From IMG/VR virus record IMGVR_UViG_3300050491_000011: a stretch of DNA of 64,000 nucleotides; one strand, 5' to 3'. The DNA is from a virus (taxonomy: Duplodnaviria; Caudoviricetes). Under the pieces are notes generated by a model, which saw only the letters and a list, made by a program, of their open reading frames with translations, ran no database searches and had not been told where the DNA came from. The number at the start of each line of letters is the position of its first letter. The stretch's first letter is position 1. The position numbers and the translations under genes were made by a program. Shown piece by piece: positions 25,176 through 36,600 of the stretch.

Positions 25176-28100
25176 TTACGTCACAGCGTTAGCACGCGTA
25201 TTGTCCAAAGGAGTACGGCGTGCCGGTTCTGCTTTCGGTGGAGTAGGTGCAGATGCTTGAGGAGTCGCACCACCAAGGTTATCCAATTTAGCCAAGATAC
25301 CGTGAAGCGTGGTGTTAGAGTCCTGGTTAACTTCAAGCAGTTTCTGCATCACGCCGCTGAGGTCAACATTCGCCGATTCCTGCGCCTTCATTGCAGACTG
25401 TTGCGACGAGGAAGCTGCCGCTGCCGAAGCAGTCGGTTGAGGGATCATTGGGGAAGGAGTCGATACAGCAGGAGCGCCTGTACCTGCACCATTACCACCT
25501 TTGATCTCAGCGATAGCTGCTGCTGACGTGCTGCCAGTCGGGATAGCGCTAGGAGCCGAGCCACTACCTGCTGCCGAGGAAGATGCTGCTGCTGCTGCGT
25601 TAGCGCTCGCGGTAAGACCACCCGCAGCCTCAACAGCACCACCTACCGAAGTAGGACCTTCCGCTTCAGCTGGACCTGATTCAGCCGGAGCCGAACCACC
25701 TGCCGGAGCACCGCCAGCCGCTGAAGCACCACCGGCGGCAGCCGCAGCTGTAGCGCCGATATCAGTTGCCCCAACATCCTTCTGGATACCGGACTGTGTG
25801 GTAGTAGATGTTTGACCGGCTTTCTTACGACCGATGTCCACACGACGATCCAGTTCAGCAATCGTCTCACCAACAGTACGCATGCGGCCAGACTTATCCT
25901 TGAACACCGATGCGTTGTTCTTGATGGCTGCTTCGCTGGCGTGCGCTGAGGCAGGTGCTTCACGAGGGGCAGACAGGAAGCGACGAGCGCCACCCAGACC
26001 CAAGAAGTGAGCTGCGTACAGATCCACGTCAGTTACTTTACCACCAAGGGTCTTGCTGAGACCGTTGTAGTTCTCTTTCAGGTAACACATACCCAAGATG
26101 GCGTTAGCCCGAGGATCTGTGATCGGCGTATTGGGAGCGATCCCGTAAGTCGCGCCGTACTTGGTAATCATGTCGCTCCAAGTACCTTTAACGAACTGGT
26201 ACAACCCGTGCGCAATACCGCTAGACGCGTTTGGATCGAACCCGGACTCAACACCAGCCACAGCCGCAGCGATCTTAGGATCGAAACCAACCATCTCAGC
26301 CGCAGCTGTAATGATCGGACCCATAGCGCCCCAACCTTTACCGGTAGCGTTCGGGAGCTTGTTGATATCCCCACCAGTACCACCGCCCGGATGGACTACC
26401 TCAGCACCGTACTTGCCAGACATCAGCAATGCGCCAGTACCTTGACCACCTGGAGCTTGACCAGCTACACCGCCAGAGACCTGCTGTCCACTGAACACCT
26501 TACCCATGTTCGACAGAGTAGGACCAGTTACACCGACATTTCCGCGATTACCGTTCGTAGTGGTGTTACCCATAGCGACGTTAGTTAGCTTAGTGCCGTA
26601 GTCCTGACCTGCTGTACGCTTCTGGGTTTCCATCCCGTCTACGTTGAGGACCTTACTCTTATCGCCAGTGTCGATACCGTCAAGATACAACGTCACCGAA
26701 CCGGGAAGAGTTTCCAACTCATAACCAACCCAAGGGCTGTTGGTGATGGACCACACACTCACCTTAGACATCATGGTGTCTGTGCTGGTCTGGATGGTCT
26801 CTTGCAGCACTTCCTTCATCAACACACCCGTAAGGTTACGGGATGCATCTTTCGCAGCGCCATTGAAGCGACGACGAGACGAGATGCAGTATTGCAGGAA
26901 GGTTGGAATGAAACGGTAGTTCAGCCAGCGAGTTGCATCTTCGTGGGCTTGACCATCAGCAGGTTTGAAGATAACCATGACCTTTTGAGCCAGTTCATCT
27001 TGGTTACCGCCGATCATCGCTTTGTCAGTGCCTGAGTACTGCACTGCTTCCCAGTAGATGTCTTCCACCGCTTGGAGCTGCTGAGCCTTATCCAGCGACA
27101 TCTCTTTCAGACCGTACGTCTTGAAACGCACAGCTGTTGGGATATCGAGGTTCTTCTTGGCTTGGCTGGCAACTTTGTTACCTACCTGAGCAGCTGCACC
27201 GAAACCACCTACAACGCCGGGAGCGATAACCAACCCCTTAGCGATGTCGTTTGGAGCCTGGCCATTAGCAGCCACACCCAACGTGGTATTCTTAGCAACC
27301 TGAGCCGCACTACCAATAGCGATACCGCCTGCTACGGCAGCAGCCTTATTCTCAGCCTTCTGCTCCTTACGATCACGAACCATCTTGATCGCATCCTCTA
27401 CGTCATCCGCATCGCAATCGAGATCGCTATCGAATGGAGAAGTATCAGTATCGTCGTAAACCTTCTGCATGTTAGCAAGGTCAACGATCTGAAGGTAAGC
27501 AGAGAGGTCGCCGTTACCGATACCTTCATCGGCACTCACCAGATCCGTAGTACCACGGATAGACTGCATGGCAGTACAGTGAGCCAAGAACACTGGACGG
27601 AAGCGAGTAGCTACCCAAGACAACAGGTTGTGCTGTTCTTCAGGACCGCTGGTTGGGAAGAGCTTCAGGAATGCATCCGGATCAATGGACTTAGGGTCCA
27701 TCGACGCTTTACCGTCACGAGTGACAGTTACAGCACCCTTACACAGGGACTCAAGAGCAAGCATCTTCTTCACTCGATCCTCGTCCGTAGGAGCCACCCC
27801 GTACTGCGTCATCCGAAGATAGAGCAGAGGGAACTTCTTCGCTTGAGACGATTTGTAGTAGCGGTATCCAAGATAAGCAATACCACCAACCGCAACCGCA
27901 CCGAGGATCAACGGCATCCCGAGAACACCAACCACAGCACTACCAGCAGTAGCCAATGCACCACCAACCGCAGTAGCGCCTGTCATCAGCGCACCACCAA
28001 CAGCGGAAGCACCAGCGCCAAGTGTAGCCATGCTTGGAAGCATACCGGCAGCGGCAATAGCACCACGACCTACCCAGCCTGCCGCACGTCCGAGACTACC

Positions 28101-31100
28101 AGCTCCGGGGATCTTCTTCAGACCACGCCCAATTTTACTAACGCCGTTACCGATCTTCCCACGGATTCCTCGACCAGACCTGAATCCTTTCTTAGGTCGA
28201 CCTTTCCTTCCGCGCTTACCATCACCACCCTCACCACCACCCAGATCGGCAAGATCTGCGGCATCTTCCAGCAAGCTGGATTCACCGGCTTCTTCCGTCA
28301 CCTCGGCGAGGTCATCGAACTTCTTGTCCATGTCTTTGTTCATGGTCTTGATGGCGTCTACGATAGCTGCGCTACCGGCATCCTTGGCACCACCCATCTT
28401 CCCTTCTTTCTCTTCCTTACGACGCTTCAGGATATCGGCCCACGAGTTATCGCGGTCACCGTCACCATCCACATCGCCGTGAACGCCCTCAGGATCGAGT
28501 TTGGCTTTCAGGAGATTGAAGATCTGACCTTGTACTTTCAGTTGCTCAACGCCGATCTCGATAGAGGCAGCAGCCATCTCCTCATCGAGCATCCCGATAC
28601 CACCGTTCTTACCGAACCGCCCAGCGACGAACTTGTAAGTCCCACCAATGACCTTGCCGACACCTTTTGCAATGCCTTTGTACATCTTGATGGCAAACTT
28701 ACCGTACGCCAACGCAGCCTTAGCTGCGAGCTGTGCAGCCTTCACACCGACTTGAGCAAAGCCCTTACCGATGGTGAACAGTAGCGAACCATTACGAGTG
28801 TAGAACGACTTGTACTTATCGATCTCATCCTGAGAAACGATTTCGTTCATGTCACCCTTTTCGTTCATCTCAAAGACTGGACCTTTGATTTCTTTGAGCG
28901 AGAAGATTGGGGAACCGTCAGCGTTACGGTACTTACCTTTCTTCATCAGGTTCGAGCGAATACGAGGTTCCGTATCGCCTGGGAAGTAAGCATCGAATTG
29001 AGTGAACTGGTTGACGGCAAAGTTACTCACCATCTTGATACCCTTCCAGATCAAGCCGTACGTACCGCCGATGTACGCAGCACCCAGTCTAGCAGCAATG
29101 CCACCAGCCTTAGCACCCAGCTTCAATCCGTATCCAGCAAGAGATTCGCCTTTACCGTTGTAGAGTCCTTTCTCGAACTCCTCTGTGGTTAGGACGACAT
29201 TACCTTCACGGTCTTTAACTTCACCGGTAATGTCCTTGATGGACATGATGGTCTTCTGAGTAGCTACGTCGAAGTACCATCCTTTCTTAATGCCTTTAGC
29301 CAACAGCGATGGTTCTTCATCACCCATGACGTGAACGTCGGATACACCAAGACCACTGATGTTCTTGAACGGAAGCTTAGCGGCTGCGAAGCCAGTCTTA
29401 GCACCGAACTTACCGACCTTCCACATTGCGCTGTAAGTACCCTTGATGTAACCGAGGACACCTTTACCCGCAACCTTGGTAGCTTTCAGGCCATGGCCAG
29501 CAGCGTTACCGATGGAATAGTCTCTCCACCGTTTCTTCTGCGGATCACCTTCAGGGCCTTCACCACCATCGCCAGGAGCATCGCCAGCACCCATCGCACC
29601 AGACGCTTTGTGCGCCAAGTAATCAAGGAACTTGTTAGCCTGATCTGCCATACCCAACATCAGGTCGAGACGTTTGTGCGTCTCTTCATCAGAGGCTTTG
29701 AAGAGTTCTGGGAACTCAACGATGGCCTTGATGGACTCTGGCATTACGACGTTGGCTTGAACCTGCTGGACAGGAGGGACGAGGTCAGGACGGTTCTTCT
29801 TCGGACGGTTAGAGCTACTGCTCTTACGTGGAGGTCGTGGACCTTTGGTAGGACCGTCGTCGAATGCACCACGAAGATCATCATCGTTCTCAAGGTCAAC
29901 AGAACCCTGCTCACGAAGCTGACGCTTCTCTTCCTCTGCCTTCATGCGTTGCAGCTTTTCCTTGGCAGTCTCCTTCTTCTCCTCTTTCTTAACGATGTCG
30001 GTCTCTTCGCCAGCCAGTAGAACTTTGTAGAGTTCCTGCATCTGGATAGCGTCAGACTGGTTACCGTTGTACTTGGTCAGACCTAGGTCACGCCATGCAC
30101 GACGGCCAGTGCCGGAAGTCAGCTCGCTGAGAGCACGCCCGAAGTCAGGGAGGTTGTTCGATACATCGATGAACTTATCCCGAACATCGTTGTGGAACGA
30201 CAGGTTATCCTGGTCACCATTGTGTTGCTTGGTTTCCTTATCCAACTTGAACTTATCGTGGAAGAAATCCAAGAGTTCGTTCACGACGGAAGGATCTGCC
30301 TTATCCCACGTATTCTTCTCGACGTACCGCTCAGGCTTAAAGTCCATGCCTTCTTGAAGGTCAGCTGTCAACTGCATACGCAGCGCACGGCGTGCTTCGC
30401 CAGACAGTTCACCAGCGCCCATCTCACCAAGGATCTCATCCACCATGCCACGAACGTTCGGCAGGTTTCCTTTAAGTGTGAGGTTGAGGTGTTGGTTCTT
30501 AAGCGTGGAGCGTGAAACCAAACTACCGGTGTAATGACTGAAGGCTGTCTCTTCCTGAGTCTCACCAGTCGCCATGGTTTTAACCCAGCGATCGATGGAA
30601 GCCAAGTGAGCAGGGATGATCTCCACCACCGACTTGTGGAAGATGTTATCGAACTGCGCAGGCTTATCGAGATCCATGATCCCGTTACCTTGAACGGTAC
30701 GGGTCGTGTTGTGCGTATCGATCAGGCCTTTAGCGCCTTCATGAAGTGCCCAATACTTGTTATCATAGTCCGTGTCAGACTTCGCGTAATCGTTAATCCG
30801 CTGGAAGATACCGCCGAAGAGTTGACGCAGGATGTTATCGCCCGCAGCTACACCCGGAGCATTGTTCAACTTAGGCTTGAGTTTCTTCGCAGCCCAGTTA
30901 CCAGCGTCTTCAGCTTTGTCACCAACCCAGTCTGCGGCAAGAGAACCGAGAATGCTACCAGCCATCTGAGCGCGGTTAACGCCCATGTCGGAACCTTCGT
31001 TCAACGACTGGTTAAACTGGAGGCCTTGGCCGAGCATGTCGGAAGCGTTCTGCTTGAGTCCACCAAAGAACTTCTTAGCAGATCCTGCAACACCTTCCAT

Positions 31101-31925
31101 CGCAGCGCCAGCAAGACGCTGCTTCAATTGCTGCTCGACGAGTTCAGTCGTCTTCATCTTCAGGAAGTCTGGCAAGCCAGTGTTCTTGAGGATGTCCTTC
31201 AGCAACAGCTCACTTGTGTGGTAGTGTTGTTGGTGAAGCTTTAAGGTACGGATGCCGACGTCGAGCTGGCGATAACCAATCTCGATGTTCTTCCGGTGGT
31301 AGTTAACCAGAACAGTGTCCTGATAGCCAACCAGTCGACCGATACCTTTAGCTGTGGCTGTGGAGACTTTCATCTCCGCAGTGAAACGTTTCTTCTCGCG
31401 GACGTCTCTTACAGCGTCTTTGTACTCGCCCTGCATCTGCTTCTTGGCTTCGAAACCAAGGAGCTTATCAATGCCGTCGATGTTCTGAGTAAGTTCATCA
31501 GGACCTTCGTCGTGGCGGTACGGTTCTTCAGCGCTGTCAACAGCATCACGGATGGACCCAGGAATCATTCTCCGAAGAGTAGGATTCATCCGGTCCATCT
31601 TTTGTTTTGATTTGATCAAGTAAGGACTGAGCTCGGAAGCATTGTCCTTCATGATGTCGGCGATCGTCGAGTCTAATGCATCGTATGCATCAAAGGCTTG
31701 GACGTATCCTTTACCGACGACTTTCTTGATCATCCGCTTAATGAAGCCGGGATCGGTTAACTTCGATTTAACGTTGGTCTTAAACGTGTCTTTGAAATGC
31801 TCGACAGGTTTGCGGCTGTCTTTCATCGAGTCTTCGCCGAAATCCATATCGTCGAAGTTGAGATCATCGAAGTTCAAGTCGTCTAAGTCGTCCTTCCCTA
31901 AATCGAATTCGTCTTTCTTGGCCAT
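25176..31925 (-). CDS. Tail tape measure protein with lytic transglycosylase domain (phiKZ gp181-like)
   Basis: 2249 aa, Ala/Gly-rich. SLT motifs AAVAGVESGFDPNA...GLYQFVKGTW...DPRANAILGMCYLKEN...YAAHFLG near the C-terminus. Divergent from RNAP beta'. Confidence 0.92.
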   Translation of the reverse strand: MAKKDEFDLGKDDLDDLNFDDLNFDDMDFGEDSMKDSRKPVEHFKDTFKTNVKSKLTDPGFIKRMIKKVVGKGYVQAFDAYDALDSTIADIMKDNASELSPYLIKSKQKMDRMNPTLRRMIPGSIRDAVDSAEEPYRHDEGPDELTQNIDGIDKLLGFEAKKQMQGEYKDAVRDVREKKRFTAEMKVSTATAKGIGRLVGYQDTVLVNYHRKNIEIGYRQLDVGIRTLKLHQQHYHTSELLLKDILKNTGLPDFLKMKTTELVEQQLKQRLAGAAMEGVAGSAKKFFGGLKQNASDMLGQGLQFNQSLNEGSDMGVNRAQMAGSILGSLAADWVGDKAEDAGNWAAKKLKPKLNNAPGVAAGDNILRQLFGGIFQRINDYAKSDTDYDNKYWALHEGAKGLIDTHNTTRTVQGNGIMDLDKPAQFDNIFHKSVVEIIPAHLASIDRWVKTMATGETQEETAFSHYTGSLVSRSTLKNQHLNLTLKGNLPNVRGMVDEILGEMGAGELSGEARRALRMQLTADLQEGMDFKPERYVEKNTWDKADPSVVNELLDFFHDKFKLDKETKQHNGDQDNLSFHNDVRDKFIDVSNNLPDFGRALSELTSGTGRRAWRDLGLTKYNGNQSDAIQMQELYKVLLAGEETDIVKKEEKKETAKEKLQRMKAEEEKRQLREQGSVDLENDDDLRGAFDDGPTKGPRPPRKSSSSNRPKKNRPDLVPPVQQVQANVVMPESIKAIVEFPELFKASDEETHKRLDLMLGMADQANKFLDYLAHKASGAMGAGDAPGDGGEGPEGDPQKKRWRDYSIGNAAGHGLKATKVAGKGVLGYIKGTYSAMWKVGKFGAKTGFAAAKLPFKNISGLGVSDVHVMGDEEPSLLAKGIKKGWYFDVATQKTIMSIKDITGEVKDREGNVVLTTEEFEKGLYNGKGESLAGYGLKLGAKAGGIAARLGAAYIGGTYGLIWKGIKMVSNFAVNQFTQFDAYFPGDTEPRIRSNLMKKGKYRNADGSPIFSLKEIKGPVFEMNEKGDMNEIVSQDEIDKYKSFYTRNGSLLFTIGKGFAQVGVKAAQLAAKAALAYGKFAIKMYKGIAKGVGKVIGGTYKFVAGRFGKNGGIGMLDEEMAAASIEIGVEQLKVQGQIFNLLKAKLDPEGVHGDVDGDGDRDNSWADILKRRKEEKEGKMGGAKDAGSAAIVDAIKTMNKDMDKKFDDLAEVTEEAGESSLLEDAADLADLGGGEGGDGKRGRKGRPKKGFRSGRGIRGKIGNGVSKIGRGLKKIPGAGSLGRAAGWVGRGAIAAAGMLPSMATLGAGASAVGGALMTGATAVGGALATAGSAVVGVLGMPLILGAVAVGGIAYLGYRYYKSSQAKKFPLLYLRMTQYGVAPTDEDRVKKMLALESLCKGAVTVTRDGKASMDPKSIDPDAFLKLFPTSGPEEQHNLLSWVATRFRPVFLAHCTAMQSIRGTTDLVSADEGIGNGDLSAYLQIVDLANMQKVYDDTDTSPFDSDLDCDADDVEDAIKMVRDRKEQKAENKAAAVAGGIAIGSAAQVAKNTTLGVAANGQAPNDIAKGLVIAPGVVGGFGAAAQVGNKVASQAKKNLDIPTAVRFKTYGLKEMSLDKAQQLQAVEDIYWEAVQYSGTDKAMIGGNQDELAQKVMVIFKPADGQAHEDATRWLNYRFIPTFLQYCISSRRRFNGAAKDASRNLTGVLMKEVLQETIQTSTDTMMSKVSVWSITNSPWVGYELETLPGSVTLYLDGIDTGDKSKVLNVDGMETQKRTAGQDYGTKLTNVAMGNTTTNGNRGNVGVTGPTLSNMGKVFSGQQVSGGVAGQAPGGQGTGALLMSGKYGAEVVHPGGGTGGDINKLPNATGKGWGAMGPIITAAAEMVGFDPKIAAAVAGVESGFDPNASSGIAHGLYQFVKGTWSDMITKYGATYGIAPNTPITDPRANAILGMCYLKENYNGLSKTLGGKVTDVDLYAAHFLGLGGARRFLSAPREAPASAHASEAAIKNNASVFKDKSGRMRTVGETIAELDRRVDIGRKKAGQTSTTTQSGIQKDVGATDIGATAAAAAGGASAAGGAPAGGSAPAESGPAEAEGPTSVGGAVEAAGGLTASANAAAAASSSAAGSGSAPSAIPTGSTSAAAIAEIKGGNGAGTGAPAVSTPSPMIPQPTASAAAASSSQQSAMKAQESANVDLSGVMQKLLEVNQDSNTTLHGILAKLDNLGGATPQASAPTPPKAEPARRTPLDNTRANAVT

Positions 31926-31966
31926 AAATCCGTCTCTCTATAAGGGAGGCAATCGTTCATACAACT

Positions 31967-33661
31967 TTGTTTCTAAATGAGGTGAGCGTCTTGAAACCTG
32001 ACATGCTACCCGCGTTGCTCTGGATTCTGCATGCCTCGGATGCAGACCTTAAGCACATCGCTCCAATTACACGACTCGATATCACCGAAGGCGCTACTAG
32101 CGACTTCCACGATGACGGTCTTTATTCCACTCGAATCTTTGGGATGGTTGGCTCCACTGAGCGTGATGAGATTTACGGCAAGATCGATCTTAAAGTAAAC
32201 ATCATCCACCCCAAGGTCTATCGTGATTTGGTAGGTCAGCGCGATCTGTACAAGACTATTCTTGACGGCACCCGCATGGCTAAGTTTGACGAGGCAGAAG
32301 GTGACTTCGTTGCGAGCATTGATGAGGATGCCGAAACTGGCTTCTCGTTCTTCATGCGCTACCTCGACAAGATCCAGCTGAAGACAAACAAATCTCCAGC
32401 GCGTAACGAGCGGATCAAGTTCCTTGAGAAGTGGCGTCACCGTTGGTTGATGAAGAACCTCATCGTTATGCCTGCTGGTTTGCGTGACGTGGAGATGGGT
32501 GAAGATGGTCGCGTGACTAAGCACGAGATCAACGAGTATTACTTCAAAGCGATTTCCATCACCAACACGATTACCCGCTCAAGCGACATGGAGTCGTCGG
32601 CGTACGATCAGGCACGTCTTTCCCTGACCTTGATCATCAACGAGCTGTACAAGTACCTGGAGCGCTTCCAGGGCGGTAAGGATGGCTTCCTTAAAGATAA
32701 GTGGGCCTCTCGCCGTGTACGTGAAGGTACTCGTAACGTATTGACCTCCATGAACACCACCGGTGTCAGTTTGGACTCCCCTAACGTACCGAGCTTTGAC
32801 AGTACGGTGTTGGGTGTTTACCAGACAGCAGTGGGTCTTGCGCCGTTGGTCATACACTGGCTGCGCACAGGATTCCTGTCGAAGGTTATGGCGGCTGGTG
32901 AAGGTGACGTTTCTCTGGTTGATCCGAAGACTCTCAAACGTACGTGGGTTTCCCTCTCGGCGTATGAGCGTGACCGTTGGATTACCGAAGATGGTCAGCG
33001 TGATGTCATCAACCACTTGATCGATAACGAAGCTCGTGGTCGTCCTATCATGATCAACGGCTGCTATCTGTCGTTGGTTTATCTGGGCGAGGATACCTTC
33101 AAGGTGTTCGACTCCATTGACGAACTACCTGCTGGCTTTGATAAAGCCAATGTCCACCCAATGACGTTGATCGAACTGATCTACCTCTGCGGGTATTCCA
33201 AGTGGGCGAAGTACTTCACGGACATCGTTCGTTATCCGGTTACCGGTGATGACTCGACTTACCCGTCGCGCATCTACGTTAAGTCCACCTCTGTTGGCGA
33301 AGTTCGCTGGGAGATGGATGAGAACTGGGAGAAGCAGACCGGCGATGAGTTCATGGCCGTTGAGTATCCGAAGTTCGGCTTGACCACGTATCACGATTCT
33401 GAATCACCGCACCCAAGCCGTCTTAGCGGCCTCGGCGCTGACTTTGACGGTGACACCGGCTCATCTACCAAAGTCATGATGAAAGAATCGCTCGAAGAAA
33501 CTGAGCGGTATCTCGGAACACGCGCTGCGTGGGTAACTCCTTCTGGAGCTCCTCGTGCGTCTGTGGTTTACGATACCTCCGAATTGGTCATCCGTAACTT
33601 GACCAGTCGATTCAATCATGTCGTTCAGAATGCTGACACTATTCGTAAGTCGGTGGACTGA
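31967..33661 (+). CDS. rpoC: Virion RNA polymerase beta' subunit, N-terminal/catalytic part (phiKZ gp180-like)
   Basis: Catalytic motif GADFDGD plus GLYSTRIFG and IVMPAGLRD. Probable start is TTG at 31991 after GAGGTGA. Confidence 0.92.
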   Translation: MFLNEVSVLKPDMLPALLWILHASDADLKHIAPITRLDITEGATSDFHDDGLYSTRIFGMVGSTERDEIYGKIDLKVNIIHPKVYRDLVGQRDLYKTILDGTRMAKFDEAEGDFVASIDEDAETGFSFFMRYLDKIQLKTNKSPARNERIKFLEKWRHRWLMKNLIVMPAGLRDVEMGEDGRVTKHEINEYYFKAISITNTITRSSDMESSAYDQARLSLTLIINELYKYLERFQGGKDGFLKDKWASRRVREGTRNVLTSMNTTGVSLDSPNVPSFDSTVLGVYQTAVGLAPLVIHWLRTGFLSKVMAAGEGDVSLVDPKTLKRTWVSLSAYERDRWITEDGQRDVINHLIDNEARGRPIMINGCYLSLVYLGEDTFKVFDSIDELPAGFDKANVHPMTLIELIYLCGYSKWAKYFTDIVRYPVTGDDSTYPSRIYVKSTSVGEVRWEMDENWEKQTGDEFMAVEYPKFGLTTYHDSESPHPSRLSGLGADFDGDTGSSTKVMMKESLEETERYLGTRAAWVTPSGAPRASVVYDTSELVIRNLTSRFNHVVQNADTIRKSVD

Positions 33662-33681
33662 TCCACGGGGATATCTCAATC

Positions 33682-36600
33682 ATGTCTGAAATGTTAAATC
33701 TCGACGTTTATGTCAGACAGTTCAGTTTGTGGCGGCAATCGGAGATCAATGCTCCGAAGCTTTACCCGATCGCAAAGCTCTGTCTGCCTAAGTTGTCGAT
33801 CCTGCATTACGCAAACGTTGACGGTGTGTCCGTAGGTCCTCAAGCATCTGATCAGATCTTTCTGACTCGTCAGGCGCTTTTGTACATCGACCACAAGAGC
33901 CGTTACATCGATCCAATTGGCAACCCTGTGAAGACCCTCAGCAACGTTGAGGGTATGATCACTGAGTACCGTCGCCGTAATCGCGCGTTTCGTCCCATGC
34001 GCAAGCTGGAGCGGCTGGAGAACGATAAACAGTCTCTGGTCATCTACAACTACTCCATGCTGGCGCACATCGTCAAGTATTCAGCGTCTTTCCGCGCTTC
34101 GTACTTCATGTGGTACAACATCTACCACGAAGTTATTCTGAACATGAACCACTTGGCGCAGGTTAGTAACCGCCAACAGTTCATTGAGATTGACCTCCCA
34201 GACGTCATCCCTCCTCTCGCTGCATTGCGTGAGTATTCGAATAACCTCACGGCTCAAACGCTGGCGAAGTTCAGGACACCTGAAGCTAAGCTCTTGGCTG
34301 ACCTCTTCATGTGGGCTGGTCCTGATCGGGCTAAGAGCCTGTTCGGTAAGCTCGAGTCCGATAACCTGAGTAAGATCAACCTGATCGTTCGTCGTTTGAA
34401 TGGCTGGGTGGTGATCAACCTCGGGTGGTTGGATTCGTTCCGTTCCGAGAAGAACCTTCCTGAGGGTCTCGATCCTAAGGAGAAGAAGCGTCGTGAGAAA
34501 GGTGAGGAACCAAAGACCTTCTCGCTGCGTTTCCTGAAGCTGTTGACCACGATCCATCAAGGCACTACGCCGATTGCCACTGAAACCGGTGATTCGGTGT
34601 TGGAAGAGCCTCTGGTTGAAGTTAACCCAGATGACGCGAAGATCGACTCGCAAGACTTCGACCTCGAAGACGAGATGACCGCGCTGGGCGATTCCAATCA
34701 GTTGATGGACGATGACGTTGAACTCTCCAAGCTTGAGAAAGAGCTGGAAGAACTCGACAAGTTGAAAGATCTGTTCGCCACTTCCGAACAAGTCGACGAA
34801 GACGGTGACCTGATTGAACAGAAGGTTATCAACGTTGACCTCATGGCCCAGAAAGCAGGTGTCGCCAAAGAAGGCGAGGCAATGCTCAACAAGGCTAATG
34901 AACTGTACGGCAAGGGGTTGCTTACCCAAGGTGAGTATCGTCGCTTAGAGCGCCTCTCAACCGTCTACGAGACACTCCCTAACCCCTACGGTGGTGAAGG
35001 TAACTTCGTTGACGCGATGAAGATCACTCGTGAAGACGTTTTGGTCGACCCTCAGGAGTTGACCAACGATTCCGTGGTGACTGATAAGTCGTTGGCATTT
35101 AGCCGTGTGGATGCTGTTGATCAGAAGTACATCAAAACTGTACTGAAGAAAGACATCATGCGTGCTGTGTCTTCGATGCAGAAGGGCGCCGTAGCGATTA
35201 CGAGTTACGTGGTCGATCGTAAGATCGATGCCGTGAACGATCGTGAGATGCACATCGTCAAGTTTGCGCCGGCTGTTGGTGTTCCTTCCACAGTCAAGTT
35301 CGAGCTTCCGACTATTCGTGAAGATGGCACGTTCCTGTATAACGGTACTGAATACCGGATGCGGAAACAACGTTCCGACTTGCCTATTCGTAAGGTAGGT
35401 CCTAATCGGGTGGCGCTGTCCAGCTACTACTCGAAGATCTTCGTTGAACGGTCGAACCGCAAGAAGTTCGATTACGGCAAATGGCTCTTGGGTCAGCTGA
35501 CCGTTAAATGTCTCGATCCAGAAGACCCGCACATCTCCAACGCTGTGCTGTCTGATGCAACCAACTTCAAAGCTGACGTACCGATGGTCTACTCGACTAT
35601 CGCCGGTAGCATTGCGGCGTTCACGGTTGACAAGCTGGATCTGTACTTCGATTACAAACACCGGATCAAGAAGTTCAACTACACCAAGGAAGAACTGTCG
35701 CTCGAGAAAGGCGGCTACGTTCTCTGCGGTCGTTCCAAGATGGGTCCGCTGGTCATGGCTCCTAACGGCATGATCTACGTCCATTGGAAGAACGAGCTGC
35801 AAGACCTGGGTACGGTTGAGTCTCTGTGCGGTATCGAGATGAGTGCTGAGTCGACGCCGATGTACATGGCTGAGATGAAGATCTACTCGAAGACCATTCC
35901 GGTAGGCTTCGCACTGGCTTACCTGCTGGGTATCGACGAACTGCTCAAAGTGCTTAACGTCGTTCCACGACGTGCATTGGTTGGCGAACGTCTGAACCTT
36001 CAGCCGGATGAGTACGCAATCCGCTTCAAGAACGAATCGCTGATCTTCAAGCGCAGCGACGTAATGGCGGGGATGCTGCTGAGTGGCTTCAACCTTTACC
36101 ATGCTGTCATCCGCAACTACGACATTGAACTGTTTAACGACAGGGATGTGTACGCTGCTGTACTTGAGCGTAGTGGTGTAGGTTCGCGCTATGTCCGTGA
36201 GCTCGATGCGTTGAACACTTTGTTCATCGACCCGATTACCGAAGACTTGCTCGAATGGATGAAAGAACCTACGACCTTCACCGGTCTTCTGGTTCGTGCT
36301 ACCGAGATGCTCCAAACCAACATGGTGCGTGTGCGCCGTGACGACAAGGACCGTCTGGTAGAAGGTCTGGAAAGGGTTCGTGGTTACGAACGTGTGGCGG
36401 GGGTGGTTTACGAGACACTCTCGAAGGCTATCCGTTCTTACACGACTCGTTCGGCTACTGGCCGGGCATCGGTTGTGGTTAACCCGAACGACACCATCAA
36501 CGCGCTGGTGCAAGATCCAACCACATCTCCAGTAAACAACATCAACCCGATCCACAGCTTGCGGGAACGGGAAGTTATCACCTTCGGTGGTCGTGGTGGT

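Noticed and set aside
33420-33460. GADFDGD instead of NADFDGD at the RNAP active site
   Set aside because: The three catalytic Asp residues are intact, and such variation is expected in phiKZ-like RNAPs.
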